Made by a program: the position numbers and the translations under genes. A stretch of 64,000 nucleotides of DNA, from NCBI RefSeq assembly GCF_964355755.1, contig NC_092674.1, forward strand, positions 11,036,001-11,100,000, read 5' to 3'. Each line of letters begins with the position of its first letter. The first letter of the stretch is position 1. The notes beneath the pieces are model-generated. The model made no database searches, was not told where the DNA came from, and saw nothing but the letters and a program-made list of their open reading frames with translations. Below are positions 40,003-56,599 of this stretch, in pieces. Source of the stretch: Antedon mediterranea. Taxonomy: Eukaryota > Animalia > Echinodermata.

Positions 40003-40542
40003 TTAGAGCTTGTGTTGTATTTCGGTTTACTAAATCGAAAATAATGCCAATCTTAATTTTGATCGCGACTTTATACTCTATTCACGATTCCCTGTCCGAA
40101 TGCCTTTATCAAATTGGCCAATCACGGTCTTTCGCGCCAACGATATAATTCGTTCATTTTGACAATAGGATAACTGTCGCTTTTGTTCATGTGAGCGGGA
40201 ATTTAAAAATTAGGCTTTGTGGAATAAGTACTTAGTTATTGAGTACTTCTTTTTGTTACTTGATGAAAAGCGCATTTATATTAGCAGTTTTGAATATTCT
40301 GTTTCTATTTTACAAGATATAAATTCCTATTATTATGTTATATGAAATGACTGACGTTTTAAACGGTGACATTTAAGTGCTCATACAGGAATTATAATAA
40401 ACTGATGTCATTTATCAGCATAAAACTAATTTGTTGGGCATCATGTTTGTAACAGTTATTAGTCCCAACTAATGAATTTTTCAATTCAAACCATAAACCT
40501 TAGCAGCTTTTTTACAATCATAATAACACTTCAAATTAAATT

Positions 40543-42597
40543 GAGTGTTGACAAAGTGCGAGGCACGCGAGGCATGCGAGGCATGCCAAATATTTGTGCG
40601 AGGCATCATTTTATCATTTCCAAAAGTGCGAGGCATATAGTTTACAATTTCAAAAAGGTGCGAGGCATATCTTAACGTGCTATTATGCTATATTATAGGC
40701 CTAATAATCAATCGATACAAGCGTATCTAAATAGATTCGTGTATACACTCATCATGTTGTTTATTTTTATGTAACGATTGTTTTTTCATTCAAGTCATAT
40801 CGTGTCAAATTTTACTTTTACAAAAGTGCCCAAACTACGGTTCAAAAATCTGAACGACAGTCTTCAACTTTCGATAAACAATAATTGTTATAGCGACACA
40901 CTCATCAAATGACTGCAATGTTTGTTGGCATTTCGAGCGTGTTCACTCACATGTCTCTCGAACATAGCAGAGTGAAAATAATATTTTGTCACACCCCTGC
41001 GCCTAGATCCGGTAGACCCGAGAGATGGAAAATCCCTCTTTACTATTTAGCAGGTAGCGGAATGATTCAGCCCTCAGCTCAGAGGATTGTGGTGCATTCC
41101 CCTCCTATAGCACGTGGTTTCAGCAGCAACGCACAGACTTCTCTCTGAGCGGCGTGCCAAAGACATTTTTGACATTCCATTCTCTAGGAACAACACGTGT
41201 ACCTCTCTCGCAAATAAGGTGAACAGCGATTGCCAGGACAAGTTCAATAACTGGCGGTGAATAAAAGGTAACTGATATGCCGATCCAATAACATGCCGCA
41301 AAGAAAAAAATTGCGACAGAATTCTGGAGCGCGTGTGAAAAAAGACTTACGTCCGACAATTGTAATACTAGGCCTAAAATTAAACTTTAGCTAATATGCT
41401 TAGCCCTAACCTAGATAAAGGCCTATGTAGAAAATAATTTAATCAATTTTGATAAAATAATAATTGGTGTAATATTTAATAATGATACACTATTCCTGTT
41501 TTAGTAAGCTAGGTATATTACGAACGATTTTTATTTATTGTTGTCCATGTACGTACTAATAAACCTGGCGCTAGTTTCCTTCGCTTGTATTTTTACTCCA
41601 AATTTGATAACTAACTTTATCGTGTGAATACCACACCTTAGAAGTATACCTCATGAGTACTTTAATGAAAGAATCACATAAAAAGTAACAAATAAATCCT
41701 TAAATTAATGATTTTACAGGCGTGTTTCTCGCACACTGTTCGCGAATTTCACTTATTCAATGTTCAATATTTTTGTTTCTATGGAGCGCCAAAAGAGCAA
41801 CGATAATAGAGGACTAAAACTCAGTGGAATGCGTCAATTTCTCATGCATTTATTGGTGAAAAACACGTTTTATTTCAATATATTTGTTAATTTGTCAATA
41901 AAAATGTTGTAATATGTTACTGCTGATACTGTTCTGTTTTCAAAGAATAATAATCGATCCTAAATCAACATCACTACCTAGTCTAGACCTAGGACATCCT
42001 ACTAAGGATATTATGATGAATTTTTCTATTTTATTCTTTAAAAGGTTAACGAAACCGTGTACATTATCAACAGTAACATTTTTCCTTACTGACAGTGACA
42101 AAATCTATTGAAATTGTACTTGATTTTCACCAAATAATGCGTTAAATATAAATGGATTCCACAGAGTTTTTAGCCCTCTAATTAATTTTGCTCTCTAATT
42201 AATTTTGCTCTTTTGGCGTTCCATAGAAACCAAAATATTGAACATTGAGTGTGCGAAATGCGAGAAAAACAACGTCTGTAAAATCACCAATTTAATGGAT
42301 TTATTGTTACTTTTATGTGATTTTTCTTCATTAAAGTATGCCTAATTCTAAGCTGTGGTATTCAGGATAAAGCCTTGGTTAAATTACAAGGCAGGTGCAA
42401 AAGGAAACTAGCCTAGCGGGCCTAGGCCTAGGCTACTTCAATTTCGGTGATTTCCTGCCTTGCAATTTTGAGAAATGATAAAATGATGCCTCGCATTTTT
42501 TGATGATGGTAAAACGATGCCTCGCATAAATTTCTGACTTGCCTCGCATGCCTTCCCTGCCTCGCGTGCCTCGCTGCCTCGCACTTTGTTACTACCC
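40543..42597. mobile_element. MULE/Mutator-like non-autonomous element, 9-bp TSD AATTAAATT
   Basis: G...C ends, imperfect TIR around ACAAAGTGCGAGGCA, subterminal GCGAGGCA repeats, internal about 300-bp inverted repeat; further copies from 57846 onward. Confidence 0.85.
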
Positions 42598-43227
42598 AAT
42601 TAAATTTCAGTGATAAGACCAATACTTATTGTTTTTTTAATATTTAAATTTCAAATATGCCAATGTCATATATTAATTACAATTAAAATAAACACTGCCT
42701 AAAACAGTAAATAACTAAAACTATAGTATTATACAGCATATAAACCCAATAAAGAAACTAAAGGTATTAGATAAAAACACTGACAGCCAACATAAGAAAG
42801 CCTAGAGACGGATTGGTATACGCACAGAGAACTTATTTTCTCCATGGTGTATACGTAAGGAATCTATACGAATACTGCATCATATTATTAAAGATATTAC
42901 TGACATTTTTTAACGTCACATACTGTACTATATTCCAAATTATTTACTGTAACTGAAAAAATCTATAATTTAAAAGAAAAAAAATAGTCAATTTGGTATT
43001 GGTTTTTGGTTAATTAATCAAAATCATTCCTTATGTTATGGGGACAATTTAATATCGTATATTAATTTTACAAATTATGGCGGTGGTTATATCAGGATGT
43101 TGAGATGAATGTGCTGGATGGCGCCGTGTGAAAGAAACTACACAAATGTAACGCAAATAAATCTCTTTTTAGAACATTTGGTGGCTCTGAAAAGAGCCGT
43201 TTGGTTTGAGTTTTAGCAAAATAGTGT

Positions 43228-43596
43228 CTACTTTGAGCTAGTGTATTTGGTGACAGCCTTGGTACCTTCAGAAACGGCATGTTTAGCCAATTCACCCGGA
43301 AGCAATAAACGGACAGCGGTTTGGACTTCTCTACTGGTTATAGTAGATTTCTTGTTGTAGTGAGCAAGACGAGATGCTTCTCCAGCAATACGTTCGAAAA
43401 TGTCGTTAACGAAACTGTTCATGATTCCCATGGCTCTGCTTGAGATACCAGTGTCTGGATGAACTTGCTTCAACACCTTGTAGATGTAGATGCTGTAGCT
43501 TTCCTTTCGTTTACGTTTCCTCTTCTTGTCTGTTGCTCTTACAGCTTTAGCCTTACCGGCTTTCTTGGCAGCTTTTCCTGAAGTTTTTGGTGGCAT
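43228..43596 (-). CDS. H2B: Histone H2B copy 1
   Basis: Complete 122-aa H2B, stem-loop. Confidence 0.99.
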   Translation of the reverse strand: MPPKTSGKAAKKAGKAKAVRATDKKRKRKRKESYSIYIYKVLKQVHPDTGISSRAMGIMNSFVNDIFERIAGEASRLAHYNKKSTITSREVQTAVRLLLPGELAKHAVSEGTKAVTKYTSSK

Positions 43597-43680
43597 GTTT
43601 TACAATTTCAGTCTACGACGAGAACAATAGAAGTAGAAGTGAAAATTGTGAATGCAAGCTAAGTAGTTATAGCGGGTGAT

Positions 43681-43688
43681 ATGCAAAT
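43681..43688 (-). promoter_or_regulatory. H2B octamer ATTTGCAT between TATA-like and CCAAT elements (also 54128..54135)
   Basis: Exact octamer in the classical H2B promoter position. Confidence 0.85.
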
Positions 43689-44840
43689 TAGGGCTTACCG
43701 GTTGGTAATTTATAGCTTACGGTTTCTATTGGCTGTTAAAAGCGCGCTTCTACATCATTTTAAAGGCTACGCCTAAGTAAGAAAGTTAACAATGATATTC
43801 CTTTTTTTTAAACAAGGAAGTAATTACGAATTAATAGACGCTTACTATATAACTTTACAATAAAATTTAATGACAAAAATAAAGTAATTAATTCATAAAA
43901 ACATGGACTATATTATACTGTTCTCTACATAATAAGCACACGAATTGACTTGAATTTTTTTAAATATCATACCAATTGTATACTTTATATAGTACAGTAT
44001 TTCAGTATTTTGAAATCCATGTATTCAAGGTCTAGTTTGTTAGAAAACAGTCAGAGACCCATTATACAAAATAATGAATGTTTATGGGTTGGTTTGTGAC
44101 TGCTATATTTACAGATGTATAAAAAACATGAAAAAGTAAGATTAATTCGATCAAACTTTAGATAGGTTATTTTATTAAATTACATTTTTTCAGGTAAATA
44201 CTTTTTTTTCGATCAAATTTGTGGAAAAAGTGGATAACTATTAAAATGGAATATTCAACAACAAAAAAGTGCTGTTTTAGGTCCGATTACTGTATTTGAT
44301 TTTATTATTACTGTTCTGTTCTGAAGACTAGCCTGGGAAGCTAGCCATTCAAAAAGGCCACTGCATTATACAAATAAGTAATGTACAATGGAGACAACAA
44401 ATAATGGCTATTATAAAAATAGATATCATAAACCAAAAAAAAACTGTCAAGCCAGAGAAAGTATCATAACAATTATGACAGTTTTTATTGGGGAAAGTTG
44501 ACTGATAAAGTTTCTATTTTTCTCCATTTCTTGAGTCCAGATCAAGTTATGCTGTTGGTACAGTATATTGTTTTTTTGTGGTCTTATTGAGAGGACAATT
44601 TGTTGGGTAATAATATTCCTACATTTAATATTGCATGGAAATTTTCATAATTATTTTGTTGTAAATATTAACTGTTTTGAAGGATTAAAAAAATTATGAA
44701 TGAATGAAAACTCGCTAGGCCCTATGTTTTATTTAACATATTTATAAATTGAAAGAAACAATAATATTTGCTATATTAATTCTCTTTTAGTTCAAGTGGT
44801 GGCTCTGAAAAGAGCCTTTTGGTTTGAGAAAGTAACACTA

Positions 44841-45913
<1,073 letters not shown>

Positions 45914-46920
45914 CTAAGCTTAGACTTTCGGTTCGGTTGGTTCGATGAGAAAGCAATTATGAAAACGTAATGTGATTGGACAAAATGTATAGCTTATTAC
46001 ACGTCCGCATACAAATCTATTGAATCAGAGATCGCGATGGTTTGATGGTTGGATTGACACAAAGAAGAGATAAAGTACGTAAAATAAAATAAAAGAAGTG
46101 CTTTTAACAAAATAAGCCTATTAACGATAAAACAATGATGTACAAAATATAAAAGTAAAATAAAGTTGCTTTCATCTTCGCATGCCCGTTTGATGAAGCC
46201 TTTACAAAATCGACCAAATTCAACTTCAATAGCTGAATTTGTTTCAATGGAAGATCTACACAGTACAGATAAGAAAACAAGAATTAGAAGTTCAAATTCC
46301 TACCTATCTAACCACAGTATACTATAGTTTTATATTCAGATCAGATAACCATACGTTTATTACACTATATACAAATCTATCGAATTGCCATAGTTTTATG
46401 ACACAAATTTACGGTAACAAAGCAATCATGCTCGTTCAATAACTGAATTGATTTCAATGCAAGATGTGTATAGAAAACAAGAAAAATGTGAAGTTCCACA
46501 CTCATATTAAATACATCACAAAATGTACTGAGTCTGTTTTATCACAAAATCACGTATGTCAGTCATATTATATGCCTACACAATGGAGAAATGATACCAC
46601 CCATCCCACTTTTTTTTAAAAGAGAAATAATATTAATAATGCGGTGCAAAAAAAACCCAAATTTACAGTTTTTACAGGTTTTTTTTTTTGTATTCTGTGC
46701 TTGCTTTGAATTTCAGACCTAGGGCCTAGGCCCCCTAATTAAATTTGGGTAGGAAATAGTACTATTAGCAAATAAAACACATGGTACTACAGTATATATT
46801 TATAAAAAGGTAAAGGCTTATGTTTTGGCAAATCAATCTCTTTTGGTTCAAATGGTGGCTCTGAAAAGAGCCTTTTGGTTTGAGAAGTCTTTGTTTGGCC
46901 GGCTGCTGAGTGTGTACTGC

Positions 46921-47292
<372 letters not shown>

Positions 47293-49080
47293 TCAAAAAA
47301 GCTGAAGGATTTATACGCTCTATGCGGACGTGAATCTAGGACTACAGTAAACAACATTGACATAACTCGCTGTGACCTCGTTCGGGTTTGGCAATTGCTT
47401 TATTGTGAATCGGGCGGGAAATTAAAACAAATAGAATTGAGCTTAAAATTTGAATATTAAGAAAATCATAGCAACATTTATTATGAACTTGTGTATTAGA
47501 CATGAATATGCCATTTTAATAACTCACATAATTAATTAATATAAAAAAAATTGATAAATTAAGAGGTGTCTGGTTCTGTATTGTAGTGTAATTTTGTAAT
47601 AGTAAAATTAGGTATAGTTTTTTAGATAGCAGCTAATTATTTTATAACAAAAGTGTCTGTATTGTTTTCGTATTAATTCTTTTTTACCTTTGCCTATGTA
47701 AATACAATAGTCTATTAACAGTGATGGTTGCATATAAACAATTATACTGGTTCTATATCTAATTAGGAATTTCCTGTTTGTTAACACTGTTTATCATCCT
47801 ATTGTAATTATGGAGAAAATAATGTTGTAATTATAATTATTTCCTTCATGTTATAAGTAAGGTGCTGGGTGGGGGGAATTAGTGATTGGTTTTGTAGATT
47901 AAGAGTAATCAAATACTGTATTTAAAAATTACATGTTTTACTTGTTATATTTGGAGAAGGGGAATGAATGGGTTTTATTACATGTACCGTATGTAGATTA
48001 AGTAAGATTACCTATATTTTTGTCAATTTTGTGCTTTCATTTATTATACATTTTTGTTAGACGCACCTTTAAAATGTGAAGTGTGCCACTGTTACAAAAA
48101 ATAAATAAATAACAGTTTGATCAAAAATTGCATCAAAAGAAAAATATTCTGAAAAACTGTAATTTAAGCAAAATATTGAGTCAAATTGTCGGTTTCCCGA
48201 TTTTTCCCTAGTTAGACAATGGTTTTTGGTTAAAACATCTTTAAACCACTTTCTGTGTGCATATTCTAATTTTCTGTGATCTGCTGTTAATGTTATGTAT
48301 AATTATTTAATAAATAAAATGATTAGTTAACTTTTAACATTTTATTTAGTGTCAAGTCTAACAAGAAGATTATTTAATACTATTACAGTATAAGATATAT
48401 TGTCCCCCTGAAAAAAATAATTATAAATAGGCCATTTTAATGTCACATAAAAATATTTACCTGAAAAATTCAAATGTTTGCCTTAATAATTTAAAGCAAA
48501 ATATAGTCAAATTGACTGGAAGTCAATGGGTTTCCGGTTGAATTTAACCGTTTATTTAATTCATGTTTTTATATATGAAAAATTATATTTATAGCCTATA
48601 TATTTATAGTTATATAATTTATAGATATGTTTAAATATGGTAGTGATATGACATCGTCATGTTCGTATATGAGCACATTTTTTTGACACATAAAGTTTGA
48701 TAGCGTAGAAGACAAGGTTTAAGAAACTACTAAAATAAAGAAAAATACTTTGTGCATTTTTTTTTTATGAAATGTAGAAAACGTATACAGTAGTGTTTTG
48801 AAGTGTGATATCTTTTTTATTCTTCTGTGAGCAGATAAAGGTCATCATAGCATACTATGTTGTGAAGAAGTTGTTGCATGTTTTTAAGTAAAAATCTTGT
48901 CAAACAGTAATGACGTTCTATGCCATCATATTATAAATATTATACTGTTTATAATGCTTATTTAGAGTGAGCTCTTACAAGAATTAGATGTAGATAAAGA
49001 AGCAAGGCAAATAAATCTCTTTTGTATATATGGTGGCTCTGAAAAGAGCCGTTTGGTTTGAAAATGGATGAAGTAGTAAT

Positions 49081-49659
49081 TTACTTTTTGGCGGCCTTCT
49101 TCGGTGACTTTGAAGCCTTTTTAGCTTTAGGCTTTTTAGGCTTCTTGGTCTTTGGCTTTTTAGGAGACTTGGTAGCCTTTTTTGGCTTGGATGCCTTCTT
49201 CTCCGATTTCTTAGCCTTCTTGGGTGACTTGGATTTGGTAGCCTTCTTTGCAGCTGGTTTCTTGGCCTTCTTTGCTACCGTTTTTTTGGCCTTCTTTGCA
49301 ACAGTCTTTTCCTTGTCTGCAGCTGCTTTCTTCTTTGCTTTTTCCTTCTTTGCCTTGGCAGCGGCGTCAGCCTTGGCTGCAGCCTGGTTCAGTTTGAATG
49401 AACCGCTGGCCCCAGTACCTTTTGGTTGAACGAGTTTGTTGCTTTCGACACCACGTTTCAAAGCCATACGGAGATGAGTTTTCATGTTGTTAGGATCAAC
49501 TTTGTAGTTGGCTTGGATGTACTTGGCAATAGCTTGGCGAGATGAGCCATTTCTCTCCTTCAAATCACCGATTGCTGCCGTAACCATGTCGATGTACGTT
49601 GGGTGAGCAGCAGGCTTCTTTGCTACAGCCTTCTTTTTAGTTTTAGTTTGGTCAGCCAT
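49081..49659 (-). CDS. H1: Linker histone H1 (192 aa, starts MADQTKTK)
   Basis: Globular domain [31 protein letters not shown]-rich tail with SPKK; stem-loop; AAACACA box upstream at about 49841. Confidence 0.97.
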   Translation of the reverse strand: MADQTKTKKKAVAKKPAAHPTYIDMVTAAIGDLKERNGSSRQAIAKYIQANYKVDPNNMKTHLRMALKRGVESNKLVQPKGTGASGSFKLNQAAAKADAAAKAKKEKAKKKAAADKEKTVAKKAKKTVAKKAKKPAAKKATKSKSPKKAKKSEKKASKPKKATKSPKKPKTKKPKKPKAKKASKSPKKAAKK

Positions 49660-51872
49660 AATTGAGAATGCAAGACACTTACAAATAACAAGTCGAGTAG
49701 AGAGTTGAGTGAAACAACACAACGACTTAACTCCACTTTTATTTACGTTATTGCGGACGTGGACTAAAACGTCACTTACGTTTGTAGCTCTCTCAGCGCC
49801 TTTTTGTGTTCGATATAACTACAAGATATTTTTCTTAAATTGTGTTTTTTATTCACTTTAAATGCACTTATAAATCTCTATTTTTTATATCTTGAAGAAT
49901 ATTTTTGAGTATAGTATCTGAAAATACATTGTTATTCTATAAGAAATGTTTAATTTAGATTAATCGGTTTAAAAAAATAGATATGAGAATTGGAACTTTT
50001 CAGTTCATGTTTTTTAAACATATTCTACTTACAAATCGCTAAATTTTGAAAATGCTGTATCTATTTTTGATTAAAAACACATTTGATATGAAAACATTAC
50101 AATATATAATTGAATATTCAACCGAAATTAAATAAATTTCGATGTATTTTACGCTTTGTTTTAAGGCAATAATGTTGGTGACTTGAACAAACATGAGAAT
50201 GAAATGTCAGGAAAACTTAATGTTTGCTGTCACTGTTATAGACCACTCTCGCACGGTTCTATAGCATTATCAAAAGCTAATACAGTAGTAACAATAATGT
50301 TGATAACTTATTGTGTCATGTGATGATGATGGTATTGTTTAATAATTCTGTTATCTTTTTTGTGTATGTTTTCACTTCTTTTGAGTTGTTTTGCAATAAC
50401 CAAAGAAGTAGGCCTACACATATTGAATAAGTTGTGTGATGATGTATTGGAGCATGATTACAGTTAAAAAAAGACACAATATTATAATAAGTGGTGGTTG
50501 GGACGCAAAGCAAAATTGAGTCAAATTGTTGCTTTCATTTTTTCCTGGTCGGACAATGGTTTTTGGTTAGATTAACCGTTTATTTTGTCTACTGAAGTAA
50601 ATAACTCATTAAAACTGCTAGATGCCCTTTCAAAGCCTTCATTTGTCATGTTTTTGGGTGAAAATACATCTTTAAACCACTTTCTGCTTTTTGTGAATAT
50701 TCTAATTTTCTTGTGATCTGCTGATAATGTTATATATTATTTACTAGATAAATAACCTGAATGACAAGTCCAACAAGAAGATTATAATTATTTAATATTA
50801 TAAGATATGTTGTCCCCCTCAAAAAATAATTAATAGGCCATTTTAATGTCACATACCGTAATAGTTATTCACATTAACAAAAAATTATTATTTACCTGAA
50901 AAATTATAACTTCAATCAAAAAATATTCAAATTGATTGGAAGTCAATGAGTTATTTGGTTGAATTTAACCATTCATTTCATCTTTTTATGAAAAATTATA
51001 TATTATTATATTAATATATCGATTATAATTAGTGGTGGTCATTGTTTTCCCGTGATTGGGACGTGTATATATAACAATAAATCATAATTTTAAACATTTA
51101 CAAATCACTATTTTTTTCTATTAACGATAAATAATGTTTAAAATAAATGTTTGACTTTTAGAACGTATGTGACTGTTATTTCAGAGAGAAATGTTTGACT
51201 TTTGTTCATTTAAAATGATTAATGTCAGAGGAGTACGTTATGTCAAGATTACTATAGCTTCAAGAGTCAACAGTAAACTAACTAACTAAAATTGTCTTCA
51301 ATTTAATAATATTTTAGACAAAATTAGAAATTGTCGGTGATTCTGGCATGTTGATTGAACAACAGGAGAATGTTTGAAGTTTTCAAGAAGTAATTAAAGA
51401 AAAAACAACAAATTGGGATTGGTGAAAAAAGGCGCAAGTCTTGACATGTAGTTTACCTCTGGAGTGGGAGAAGCAAGTATACATTTTGATGGACTAATAT
51501 TAGTTTGAATAAACTACAATATTACCTGTCCCAGTCAGCATCACCTTTCATTATATAATAATATTAATACTGTACTATAAAGTCAGTATATTTGTGATAA
51601 AACAGGGGTTTTTTTTTACAAGAACAAGGGCAGGTAATTTTTGTTTATTTGGTGGCTTTTTGCACAGACTCCCTGATTAGTTGATATCATTCAGAGGGGT
51701 GCATTAGATCGACCATGAATAATACATGATCCTCCCCAATTGGATCCCACTGGGTGGGAATAATTTTACACAACAATTGAAAACAACAGACAAACAAATC
51801 AAATCTCTTTATGTTTATTTGGTGGCTCTGAAAAGAGCCGTTTGGTTTGAGAAATGGTCCATAAATGATGAT

Positions 51873-52331
<459 letters not shown>

Positions 52332-53246
52332 TCAAGATTCCCTGTCCGAATGCCTTTATCAAATTGGCCAATCACGGTCTTCCGCGCCAACGATATAATT
52401 CGTTCATTTGACAGGCAGGATTACTGTTGCTTTGTTCCAGATGAGCGGGAATTTAAAAATGTGGCTTTGTTTAATAAGTACCTTTACTATAGTACTTATT
52501 TTTATTTTATAACACTATAAAATTTATAGTGTTTTGCTTTTTGTTCTCATTTTCTTTAGTTAGAATTTGAGTGCATTGCATAGTTAGCTAACCGCGAATA
52601 TTCTAAAGAATAGAATGTACAGTATAACTTTTCGAGATATTCATTAATTCCTTTATAGAAATCCAAATGCACAAGGATATGCCGAGTTGGATGCCTCAGA
52701 GACATATTACACCATTTATATTTTAATATTTGTCTAATGTTTACAGTTTACTGTGGTACTTAAGATTTAAATATTGGTAAAACAAAAGAGATGTTAATTG
52801 ATTTCCGTGTTTGTTAAATATTAGACTGAAGTCCCAACAATTTAACTTAATAATATCTCGCAAAAGAAAGGATTGATCATCATAAATATCTTACTTGGTG
52901 TTCTGATAATTAATTGAAATTTGACAAACAATTTGAATCAATGTTAACTTCGAAAGCGAATGTTTCTTTATGAGAAGATTACATTATCTTTTAAAGTTGA
53001 TGATAAAATCATTTCTCTACATTATAAATCTATTGCGCAAATTACTATGACATTTGTTTTACAATTCCTTTAGAGAAAGTGATGCTGTTACATAGAATCA
53101 CTAATTAATTATTGCAATATTCTAAATAAAATTAGAAGAAATATGAAATGTAAAACTCATCCTCATTGACCATGAGCGCTATAACTCACTTACAATGGTA
53201 CTCTGAAATGGCATTTATAAAGACGAATAAGCTGTTGTTCACTGTA

Positions 53247-53386
53247 ATTGGTCAGATGTTTTGCCCTACTCCGACGTAATTTGTACTTTATTCCAAGTAC
53301 ATTTGAGAATACTTGCAACAAAATTCTCAAATGTACTTAGTATAAAGTACAAATTACATCAGAGTAGGGCAAAACATCTGACCAAT
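53247..53386. repeat. Near-perfect palindrome with about 60-bp arms, probable MITE
   Basis: ATTGGTCAGATGTTTTGCCCTACTC... / ...GAGTAGGGCAAAACATCTGACCAAT. Confidence 0.85.
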
Positions 53387-53671
53387 ATACTCAACTCCCT
53401 GACGCAAAGCTACTCCACAGTAGTTTAAAAACAATTACAATCCTGTTGTACACTGTAACGTGCAATAGAAAAAAAAAACACATTTGTTTTATTTATAATT
53501 TAGAGGAACCGAATATGATGTGTGTGGTCTATTATTATACTGCAAGTTATAATATGAGGAAGTAAGGAATTTAAGAAAGGAACTACACAAATGAAACGCA
53601 AATAAATCTCTTTTTAGAACATTTGGTGGCTCTGAAAAGAGCCGTTTGGTTTGAGTCCAGCAAAATAGTGT

Positions 53672-54040
53672 CTACTTTGAGCTAGTGTATTTGGTGACAG
53701 CCTTGGTACCTTCAGAAACGGCATGTTTAGCCAATTCACCAGGAAGCAATAAACGGACAGCGGTTTGGACTTCCCTACTGGTTATGGTAGATTTCTTATT
53801 GTAGTGAGCAAGACGAGATGCTTCTCCTGCAATACGTTCGAAAATGTCGTTAACGAAACTGTTCATGATTCCCATGGCTCTGCTTGAGATACCAGTGTCT
53901 GGATGAACTTGCTTCAACACCTTGTAGATGTAGATGCTGTAGCTTTCCTTTCGTTTACGTTTCCTCTTCTTGTCTGTTGTTCTTACAGCTTTAGCCTTAC
54001 CGGCTTTCTTGGCAGCTTTTCCTGAAGTTTTTGGTGGCAT
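53672..54040 (-). CDS. H2B: Histone H2B copy 2 (Thr where copy 1 has Ala in the tail)
   Basis: Complete 122-aa H2B, stem-loop. Confidence 0.99.
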   Translation of the reverse strand: MPPKTSGKAAKKAGKAKAVRTTDKKRKRKRKESYSIYIYKVLKQVHPDTGISSRAMGIMNSFVNDIFERIAGEASRLAHYNKKSTITSREVQTAVRLLLPGELAKHAVSEGTKAVTKYTSSK

Positions 54041-55344
54041 GTTTTACAATTTCAGTCTACGACGAGAACAATAGAAGTAGTAGAAGTGAAAATTGTGAAT
54101 GCAAGCTTAGTACTTATAGCGGGTGATATGCAAATTAGGGCTTACCGGTTGGTAATTTATAGCTTACGGTTTCTATTGGCTGTTAAAAGCGCGCTTCTAC
54201 ATCATTTTAAAGGCTACGCCTAAGTAAGAAAGTTAACAATGATATTCCTTTTTTTTAACAAGGAAGTAATTACGAATTAATAGACGCTTACTATATTATA
54301 ACTTTACAATAAATTTTAATGACAAAAATGAAGTAATTATTTCATAAAAACATGGACTATATTATACTGCTCTCTACATAATAAGCACACGAATTGACTT
54401 GAATTTTTTTTTATATCGTACCAATTGTAGGATTGTTAAGCAAGTATTTTGAAATCCATTTATTCAAGGTCTAGTTTGTTAGAAAACAGTACAGAGACCC
54501 ATTATATTATACAAAATAATGAATGTTTATGGGTTGGTTTGTGACTGCTATATTTACAGATGTATTGTTTCCCAAAAAAACATGAAAAGTGAAGATTAAT
54601 TAAATCAAACTTTAGATAGGTTATTTTATTAAATTACATTATTTTTTCAGGTAAATACTTTTTTTTCCATCAAATTTTTGGTCAAAGTGGATAACTATTA
54701 TGTGATATATATTCAACAAAAAAATGTGCTGTTTCAGGGGGACAATACATTTAACGAGGCAGATCCGATTATTATTACTGTATTGTTTTTATTACTACTG
54801 TTCTGTTCTGAAGACTAGACTAGCCATTCAAAAAGGCCACTGCATTTATACAAATAAGTAATGTGCAATGGAGTAAATAAATTTCATGAGGTGAAGACAA
54901 CAAATAATTATATGGCTATTATAAAAATAGATATCGTACGGTAACCAATAAAAACTATCAAGCCAGAGAAAGTATCATAACAATTATGAATTGATAAAGT
55001 TTCTGTTTTTCTCAATTTCTTGAGTTCAAGTTATCCTGTTGGTATATTGTTTTTTTTTTGGGGATCTTGTTGAGAGGACAATGTTTTGGGTCCCAACGAA
55101 GGTGTACCCTTAATAGGGAAATGATATTTCTACATTATTGCATGGACATTTTCATTATTATTTTGTTGTAAATAACTGTTTTGAAGGATTGAAGAAAAAA
55201 AAATTATGAATCAATGAAAACTCGCTATGTTTTATTTAACATATTTATAAATTGAAAGAAACAATAATATTTGCTATATTAATTCTCTTTAGTTCAAGTG
55301 GTGGCTCTGAAAAGAGCCTTTTGGTTTGAGAAAGTAAACACTGC

Positions 55345-55758
<414 letters not shown>

Positions 55759-56599
55759 TTACTTTCGAATTTCGAAATGATGCTTAGATTTACGGTTTGG
55801 GTTCGTTTATAAGCAACCTGATTGTTGAAGGCAATTAGGAAACGTAATGTGATTGGGCAAATTGTATAGCTTATTACACGTCCGCATACAAATCTATCAA
55901 ATCATCGATAGAGAAGCTCAGATCGCGCTCTGGTTTTCGTGAAACAAAAATAGGTCTAGGCCTAGTAGTAGTAGATACAAAACAAAAGGATTTTTTTTTA
56001 AATACGCCTAGCCTAGGCCTATAATATTACGCCGGCGATAATATTATCCATCTTCCTCTTATTTGATTTTAATTAAACATTAATAATAATTATAGTATTG
56101 TAACCTTAATAATCAGTCCTTGATTCTGGAAAAACAAATAAATTGAATGTTAATCTGCTTTGTTTGTAATATTAGTTTAATACTGAAACTTCAAAGATGT
56201 TTAAATTAAAAATCTTCTTCATGCAATTGTGCCATGTTCAGTTGGAGTTCCTTTGTTATTCGTTTCTAAACATCTGCTGTGTTTCAAACCAAAAACATAT
56301 TTTTACTAATAAGTAACGTACGTACATGGATGGGTCCACCACTAGGAAGAATATTGTAATGATACTGTATTAAAGAAATTGATATGGACAAAAAAAAGTA
56401 TAGCCTAGGCCCTAGCCTAGACCTGAACGTCTAGCATGCAGAATAAAACATTGGGCTTTTTTTCTAAGCAAAAAATAGGTAGCAATAATTCTGTATTGTA
56501 TGTAACTTTAAATGCCAATGAATGTTATTTAGCCTAGGCCCCTTTACCATTTTAAAACTTGGGCATTGTTTAGTAGAAGATAGCAGTTTATATTTACCC

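Noticed and set aside
40909-41359. Short ORFs recurring in the MULE-like copies
   Set aside because: Conserved only because the copies are recent; no transposase motifs
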